DNA from: Chiloscyllium plagiosum
Lineage: Eukaryota
DNA: 56,725 nucleotides
NCBI RefSeq assembly: GCF_004010195.1
Contig: NC_057758.1
Coordinates: 8,707,446-8,764,170 of the forward strand
Direction: 5' to 3'
Shown here: positions 49,081 to 56,725 of the stretch, in pieces
How the letters are laid out: every line of letters starts with the position of its first letter
Numbering within the stretch: the first letter of the stretch is position 1
Program-made: the position numbers and the translations under genes
The notes under the pieces: generated by a model
What the model saw: the letters and a program-made list of their open reading frames with translations, nothing else
What the model was told of the DNA's origin: nothing
Databases searched by the model: none

Positions 49081-52000
49081 TTTTTTTTTTATAAATTGCC
49101 CTCACTTTGTTGCATCATTCTCCATTCTTTAACTGTGTTAAAGAAAATTGAATTTCTGCAATGGTCCATAACAGTTCCGTGTCTTGTCCATCAACAACAG
49201 ATTAATGAGGGGACATTTTGCCTGGGAGGCATTGATGTCCAACCACCTTGACAGCGGGTCTTGGCAAGACCAATCAGTTACATAGGCTAGGAGGGAACTC
49301 AATTGGTATTTGTTACAGTGTGTAAAATCCACATCCCTCAGCCCCCAGGAAGCTGCTATTGAGTGAGCTCCGTAAGAGGCCGCCTGTGATGCCAAATAAA
49401 AGATCCAAGCCGACTGTAAAGCTCCGTATAGGCTGCATGGGCAGCATCAAAAGGCGCATTTGCATGGGATATAATAGATGGGGCAATACATTCATGTTCA
49501 CCGGAGCTATTCTACCCAACCAGGATATCGAAACATCCTCCCAGTGCTGAAGGCCCTGCTTTATGTTCTCGAGCAACTGCAGGAAGATAGCTTTATCCAA
49601 TTGATTGAAGGGTGATAAAACTGCCTAAATACAGGAAACATCCCTCGGAGCATCTGAAAGGGAATCGGATTCCACCTCCAAGATCGGGTAGTTTAATAAG
49701 ACCCCCGACAGGCATGGACTCCGATTTCATAAAATTGATTTTATACCCAACAAAGATCCAAATACATTAATCACTTGGGGCACATATATCATCGAGTAAG
49801 TTAGAAAGAAAAAAACGTCATTTGCATAAAGTTTGATCTTATACCATCCTGATCCTACCTCCAGGGCAGTTATATTGTGATCCCTCCGGATAGGCTCTGC
49901 CAACGGTTCAATCACCCATGTAAATAATAACTGTGGAAGGGGACACCCTTGACGGCTGCCTCTGCCATTGCTAAAATTGTTAGACATTATACCATGAGTG
50001 AGAGCCGCTGCTTTATAACCAGATAATACTGTCACCCACCTGGCAAGGGCCCCTCCAAGGCTAAACCATTCCAGGACATAGAAGAGATACGGCCACTCCA
50101 CTCAGTCAAAGGTTTTCTCTGCATCCACTACCAAGCCTGGAAGCGACCCTTGCTGGCACACCTGAACCATATTAGCACTCTCCTATTATTATTAGTCGAC
50201 AAGTGACCCCTAATAAAACCTGTCTGGTCCTATTTCACAATGAAGGTGAAGACCTTCTCCAGTTTCAACGCCAGTATTTTCACCAAAATATTAAAGTCCA
50301 CGTTTAATAAAGATATGAAGTGCAGTCCTCGGGAGAATAAGATAAATATTTCCTTCTCTCAGAGAGGGTGGGAGGCAGGCCTGACCGTATGCATAATTGC
50401 ACAAAACCACCATTGGCCCAGCCGGCATGTCTATGAACTCTTTATAAATACCACTTTAAAATCCATCTGGGCCCGCTGCTGTACCACTCTGGAGTTGCCT
50501 CATCGCTTCCTGTATCTTTTGGATTGTCAGGGGGGCATTCGAAAGAGATGCCAGCTCTGAAGTTACACCTGGGAGGTCCAGGTTACTAAAAATGGGCTTC
50601 ATTGTCGCCAATCTGTCCTCACAGCCCAGTGACTGGAACAGCCCAGAAAAGAACTTCATAAATGCTGCATTAATCTTTCTGGGATCCCAGGTGATAGTAA
50701 CAGCACACTCCCTAATAGATGTGATGGATGGGGAGCACTCTACTTTCTGGACAAATATGCAGATCTCTACCCATATATCACCATACTCGAATACTCTCTG
50801 TTTCACAAACAAAATCGTTATCTTTGCTGTCTGGGTGAGCGCAGTGTTCAGAGCAGCCGGGAGCATTGCAATCTGTTGCAACTTGGTTTCAGACGGTCTG
50901 CCAAAATATGCTGTCTCAACTGCTTCTCTCCCTTCTACCGCTTCCAAGTCGCCGAGTAAGAAATAATAAAACCCCTTGCATAATTTGGCCAAACAGCTGA
51001 TATAGATGGTTCTTCTGAATGAGTAAAGCTACACCCCTACATCTTGAATTAAAGGATGAAAATAACACCCAACCAAACACTTTTTTCTGTAAATTTAAAT
51101 ATTCCTCATTAGTTAGATGTTCTTTCTCTTGCACCAAGGCGACATTGACCATTTCCTTTCTAAGGCTTGAAAGCATCAATCCGTGAGTGACTCCCCTTCA
51201 CGTTTCAGACTCACCATTTAAACATGCGATTAGCCATAGCCATCCAAAACAGTCCTTGACCCACTTGTGCAGAAGGACCCCTTTTATTGCGCACCGAGCG
51301 AAAGCAGTAAACAGTTCATATAAACTTGAAAATACAACTGCAAAAACTACCAAATCAAAACTTCTAACAACGCCGTGTACAATGAATCTTCGTATAACAA
51401 AAATAAGAGGAGATTCCCCCCACCTTCCCCACAGGGAGCGCTCATACTTCCCATTAATGCCCCATAGCTCCTACTAGCTGAAACTGCTCCCCAAACCCAG
51501 ACAAAACAAAGTAAAAAACAGTTACATGTGTCTTACAACAAGAAAATTAAAAGTGGGCAGTCAACCCGTCCCATTCATATCCAAGTCAGTCCTGGTTAAA
51601 AAATGCAATGCCCACTCCCAAACACTAACCCCATTCCGTAATAAAAAGAGATAAACGAAAAGGAATTGATAGAGAAAAAAAAAGGATAATGCGAGGGGAG
51701 GAAGAAAGGAGAAAAGAGAGAAAGAGAAATGAATTTAAAAAAAGGTAAAAATGGCAAACCACAGAGGAAACAAAGAGAACATGTTTGTCAACATTACTTC
51801 AGCCCACCAATCGATCTTAAGGTGTCCAGGACGTCCGTTGCATTTTCTCGTGAATCAACATTAAACACGGAGCCTCCGTGATTAAAATTTAATATTGTCG
51901 GGTATCTTACAGTATACAGAATATTCAATTCCCTCAGCCTCCTTTTTATCCTATGAAATGCTTGCCTCTTGTGGACCATGGCCATAGAAAGGTCCTGGAA

Positions 52001-52798
52001 AAGCAGAATTCGTGCTCCTTTGGATATAAGAGCTTGTGGATCCTTCCCCATTGCTGGACACCCATTTGTTTGTCGCCATAGTGCTGGAGTTGCACAAGGA
52101 CTGGGCGGTGGTGCTGGTCTGACCCGGGCTTGAGCACTGCGACCTGGTGGGCCTGCTCGACCTGCACCAAGCCCGCCTCGAATTCCAGCTTCAAAAACTA
52201 TCGAAACCATTTCTCCAAAACTGACGGGCTGGCCTTCTTCTTCCTGTCCTACCAGCCTGACCAGGCAGATAATCTTAGGACGGCCTCGATTTTCGAAGTC
52301 GACCTGCTCCTCCAAGGCCTGGACCGGACCGGATGAGGATTCCACTGCACTTTCAGAGGACACAGTCCACTGCTCCACTTCCATGACATGTGTCTGAGAC
52401 TCTGGACCTCCTAGTCATGCTTCTGCAGCATGGCCGAGATCGGTTCCAGCCTGTTCTGGGTCTCCTTCGTCTCTGCATCAATCTTCTCTCGGAGTTTTAC
52501 GTACTCCATGACCAAGCTCTGCTCTAAAGGGAAGTCCGCTGGCGGGTTCGCAGAAGCCGACGCCACGGCCATCGGTGTATCCATTCCTGGAGGGCAGTGC
52601 CTGCTAGTTGTGATCCACGTGGTCCTTTACAGTTAGTCATTTTTCTTACTCACTTCAACTGACATACAGCAATACAGGGGATCAGTATTTTTACCATAAT
52701 GGGTAAGAAAGAGAAGATGAATGCACCACTTTGCAGGTGTTCTGGTGTAGAGCTGAGCAGGGCAACCGACTGGGTCGCCAATATCTTGGATCTCCCCC
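49081..52798 (-). mobile_element. L1-clade LINE, originally full length, with internal deletions
   Basis: 5' end GGGGGAGATCCAAGAT..GGCG. ORF1 spans about 52640-51794 (DFENRGR..VEQAHQ..RPVLVQL..LLFQDLS..KRQAF..RYP). ORF2 starts at 51237 (NVKG..VALVQE..RGVALLI; AAGPDGF; GSRQGCPL..VIEPLA..KLYANDV; WLGRI..MNVLP.LLY). There is a T10 run at 49081-49090. Confidence 0.92.
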
Positions 52799-52829
52799 GA
52801 AAAGAAATCACCTTTAATGACTTTATTTA

Positions 52830-53990
52830 AAATGGTTTGAAGCTTCATTGTCTTGAAGACAGAGACAATGGAAAACCAATAGATGTGATGTTTTTCGATA
52901 ATCAGGGTTAAAAGCTCAGACAGTGAGTCGTAAATAATTTTAAACCAAAGCGGTTAATGTGGGACATTTGGAAATGGAAAGGTAAAAGTAAAGTTGGCCT
53001 TCATTGAAAGGGAACGGGAACATCGAGGTAAAGACATTCTGCACAGACTGCATGGAGTGCGGATGAGATTATACCTGTGTTCTGTGCTGTTTCAAAGAAT
53101 AAGACGTGATTTCAGGAAAACTTAGAAAATTCATACACAGGAGAATGACTGACACAGGCGCTTGAAGAAGTGCAGCAGGCAAGGTTAAGGAAATCCCCAT
53201 GATATTCTACAAAATAAAAACATCAAGTAGAACAGAATAACCAGGGAGCAATTAGAGCCAATTAGAAACCAAAGGGTCTTTCAGCATGTGAATCTGGAGA
53301 ACATTGATGGATTATTTCATGAGAGCTTCGTATCTGCATTACTTGGGAGACGGAGGATGCAGTTACAGATTTCGAGAAGGCGCATTGTGAGCTCTCAAAT
53401 ACAATGCAAGTTGAGATGATGTAAAGTCAAGATGAGGTGTATCACAAGATAATGTTTCAGACAAGAGAGGAAATGATCTGACCCAAATGTTCGAGACAAA
53501 TCTGACCACAAGTGCGGTTCCAGAGGACTGGAGAGCAGCTAATGTGTTCCCACATTGCAAAAAATGTGGTGGATATAGACCAGTGTCTTTTGGGAGTAGT
53601 GCAGTGTATCTTATTATTTGTGGTATTCCTAAATGATATACATTTGAATGTGGAGAAGTAGTGAGGGGGAGAATTGGGGAGTGTGATCGGTAAGTTTGTG
53701 TTTGACACAAAGGTTCACCAGGTGGTTGGCAGTTACAAGGAAGGCCTTATTTTACTGGAAGATACAGATGGAATGGTCAGATGTGAAGATCAATGGCAGA
53801 TGGAATATAACCCTGATAAATATGAGGTGATGCGCTTTGGAAGGAGGAACCAGACAGGGGAATACTCAATGAATGGCAGCACACGAGGAAGCTCAGAGGG
53901 TACGACTTCACAGATTTCTGAATGAAATTGGGCAGGGTAATAAGCTAGGTAAGAAAGTACATGGGACTGTAGGCATTTTGTTTATTCATC
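52830..53990 (+). mobile_element. Old CR1 fragments
   Basis: Contains VPEDWRAANV and KFVFDTK..WQMEYNPDKYEVMRFGRRN. A further piece is at about 54700-54960 (WQMRFNAGQCEVMHFGR). Confidence 0.75.
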
Positions 53991-53992
53991 GA

Positions 53993-54190
53993 GGTGTGTT
54001 TATATGTATCTCTGTGTGCCCCATGTGTGTATCTATCTCTCTGTGCATGTTATGTGTCTGTTTCTGTGTGTGTGTCTGTGTCTGTCTGTGCGGGCGTGTG
54101 CGTATGTGTGTGTGTGTCTGTGTGTGTGTTTCTGTGTCTGTGTGTCTATGCGTGTGGGTGTGTTTGTCTGTGTGTGTTTCTGTGTGTGTT
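53993..54190 (+). repeat. (TG)n-rich microsatellite tract
   Basis: Direct observation. Confidence 0.92.
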
Positions 54191-54526
54191 AATGGTGTTG
54201 TAAGCTGCTGCCCTGCCTCTGCCCCTCGTTAACAGAATCCCTGATGATTTTCACCCTCCACTCCCACCTGTACAGCGGTGTGGGGAGGCTAGCAGAGACT
54301 TACAACAACAGAAAGCAGAGCAGGCCTGGCAGAAACTGTGGACAGAAATGAAAGTTAACGTTTCAGGTAGAGTGACCCTTCCTCATGTCAGGGGGATATT
54401 GCATCACTTTAAGCACCATAGAGACTGCCAGACTCGCCCCACACTGATACACACAGGTACACACAAACACTAATACAGAGACATAGAGACACTAACTAAT
54501 ACGCAGAACTAATACAGACATAGAGC

Positions 54527-54675
54527 GTCAGTCAGTATTTCTCTTGCTTCATGTTTTTCCTGTTAATATATCACTTACTCTGCCTGGTGTGCGTCAGTAT
54601 TTAATTCTGTCCTCAGGGAGTGTGTTAGTATTGCACTTGCTCACAATAGTGAGTGAGTCGGTATTTCTGTGTTTC
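54527..54675 (+). repeat. Degenerate minisatellite (about 31 bp unit, about 5 copies)
   Basis: Units start GTCAGTATTT, GTTAATATAT, GTCAGTATTT, GTTAGTATTG and GTCGGTATTT. A related array is at 48045-48135. Confidence 0.6.
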
Positions 54676-55103
54676 ATGCGTCTGTATGAAAATTTCAATG
54701 TTTTCAGATACCAAATCTGGAACAATGATAAAGTTTGTGATGGGTAGTGTGGAACTCCAACAGGACAGTGACACGTTGGTGTAGTTTTCAGGTGTATGGC
54801 AGATGAGGTTCAATGCAGGGCAGTGTGAGGTGATGCACTTCGGTAGGACGAGCATTGAAATACAATATGAAACAGTATGTAAAAGGGGTGCAGGAACAGA
54901 AGGCCCTGGGTGTATATGAGCACAGATTATTGAAGATTTCAGAACAAGTGGGGACAGCAGTAACTATCACAGATTAGTTTCAGTATCTGAGTTGTTTACA
55001 GGAGGAGATGTCGGAGGGAGCCTCTTGGGAGGTGGTGGTGACCACCGAGGCCGGAGGGATTCCACTTGGAACAGTTCGGCACAAAAGGGAGAGGGCATCA
55101 GGA

Positions 55104-55104
<1 letters not shown>

Positions 55105-55144
<40 letters not shown>
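55105..55144 (+). repeat. G40 homopolymer
   Basis: Direct observation. Confidence 0.95.
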
Positions 55145-55214
55145 CGGGTAGTGGTGAACGGAGCTGCCACTGGGTTTTAACGGGGAATTGCCCTTCACTG
55201 AAGATTGCTCATAA

Positions 55215-55891
55215 CTCGGTTGGTGGGACGTGGATGTTTCAGAATCTCCAGACGAGGCATCCCGGCCCTCTCCGGCTCCTACCAGGGTCCTCCCCTCATG
55301 GCAGAGGGAGGGGTGTGTGACGGAATGGATATCCGGCACTCCACCAACCAGCTTGAAACTTTCTGTCCTATTCAAGGCTGTTTCTCCTGGAATGGGAGAA
55401 AGGGAGGGAGGGAGTGAGGGTGGGAGTGGGTGGCCTTACTGATAGTGTTTGTGCAGGTGGGGAGGATGGACATGGTGAGGTGTCCGGAGGGAGTCAGCCC
55501 ACAGTGATGTGTCCATGCAATACTGTTAGTGTAAGGGGGATAGTGGAGGGCCGGGGGAGGTGGCAGCGAAGGTGATGCAGTGAGATTGGTGGGGAATGAG
55601 CCTTGTTCGTGAGTTGGTGCTATAACAGATATACAGTGAGTGTGAGGGAACAGAGAAAATACAGTGTCTCTTATCCTGATAGAGCGGTGAAGATTATTTA
55701 TGCTTGTCCTATATTGCTGGACATTTTTCCAGACTGCAGATACTGCACTGAGCTGGGTGGTGAACTCAGACCATATTCGGGTGGTGTGGCCCCCTCTGGG
55801 AAGAGAATGGTCCTCCTCTGTACTAGCCCATCCACCAGGACCTCCTTGCCCTTGTCAACAAATCGTCGTATATTTGCCCCTCATTTGGCAT
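55215..55891 (-). mobile_element. Harbinger/PIF-type Myb/SANT-like gene remnant (two exons)
   Basis: Exon 1 (55891-55675) reads RFVDKGKEVLVDGLVQRRTILFPE/..IWSEFTTQLSAVSAVWKNVQQYRTSINNLHRSIR. Exon 2 starts at 55386 after a pyrimidine tract and CAG, and reads EK/TALNRTESFKLVGGVPDIHSVT..HEGRTL. There are frameshifts, and the donor is mutated to AT. Confidence 0.8.
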
Positions 55892-56725
55892 GGTCGGGGT
55901 AAACTGTGCAGGACAGCTCTGAACTAAGAAAGCTGAACTATGTGCCCATTGGCATTTTAAACATGGCCTCAGTGCCTGGGATCACGTATTTTATCCAGGG
56001 CATCCGGGCGATGGTGAGTAGCTTCAGTCATAATGGGTGGGAGAACAGGCTGGCATTGAATGAGAAGGACACCATGGGGTTGCTGGGTAGTTAATGACGT
56101 GAGTTCAATAAGGTATCACAAGGAAACAAACACGACCTCGTGCAGACAATCCCTCTGTCACACTCAATGAAAATGTCACTGAGACAAGTTATTGTTAGAT
56201 TCAGCCCAATGAATCGAAGTCTGTACTCACCCTTCTCCATGTTACAAAGGTGCAGACAAATGCTCATTCAATACTCTCCATCATCTGATCACACACAAAT
56301 ATCCCGTTCACCCATCATTCCTGGAAACACTGGCTTATGTTGCAGGATACTGTTGAAAAGTTTATATTTCAACATTCTGGAACCTGGGAACACATCCATC
56401 CAGGGCATTGTCTCTCAATTTCGTCCTCTCTGTCGGTACCCCAAACTCCTCTCATTTGTTGGTATTTAAACTGATTCCCAGGCAATAGCTCTCTGTCAGT
56501 CATGTTCACACCCAAAGTATCCCTTATCATGGCACACTGTAGGTATGTAGCTATAAATGGATGGGAGCTGCACATTCTGTCACTCCCAGCATAGGGTGCA
56601 AGTTTCCCCACGCTGGCCAGTGATCTCAAACAGTGTTGCTGAGCAATGTTAGGGTTAGAGTTAGGGTGTTAGACACAGTTCCACACCCTGGTCGCATATC
56701 TTATCTGGATGTATAGATCAATGCA

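Noticed and set aside
54967..55320. Poly-Pro and poly-Gly ORFs
   Set aside because: They are produced by the G40 homopolymer.
56649..56672. TTAGGG-like interstitial telomeric repeat
   Set aside because: Only two perfect units and two degenerate ones, which is too short to support.
1..56725. CRISPR array, prokaryotic operon or defence system
   Set aside because: The sequence is vertebrate repeat-rich DNA with no repeat-spacer array and no dense intact ORFs.

Overview
Eukaryotic, repeat-dense DNA, very likely from an elasmobranch (shark) draft scaffold. This is inferred from HE1-type and SacSINE1/Deu-type SINEs, HER1/CR1 LINEs and a shark-type GPR139-like exon. There are three N gaps. I find no intact protein-coding gene, and almost every ORF in the supplied track is a decayed transposon fragment or a simple-repeat artefact. 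The main structure is a direct tandem segmental duplication of at least 18 kb (2779-20851 and 21352-39413, roughly 3-5% diverged by eye, joined by a 500-N gap). Each copy ends in the first coding exon of a GPR139/GPR142-like orphan GPCR. Its usual splice donor looks broken, and I cannot find its 7TM exon in the window. Older paralogous blocks (43.3-44.3 kb; 47.5 and 54.0 kb) indicate repeated rounds of local duplication. The mobile elements include a Gypsy remnant with Gmr1-like domain order, Penelope fragments with hammerhead-like fold-back derivatives, many CR1 pieces (one young insertion specific to copy 2), a once full-length L1, a solo LTR and a Harbinger Myb/SANT gene remnant. I see no convincing novel biological system. 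All calls are by eye, and repeat boundaries are approximate.
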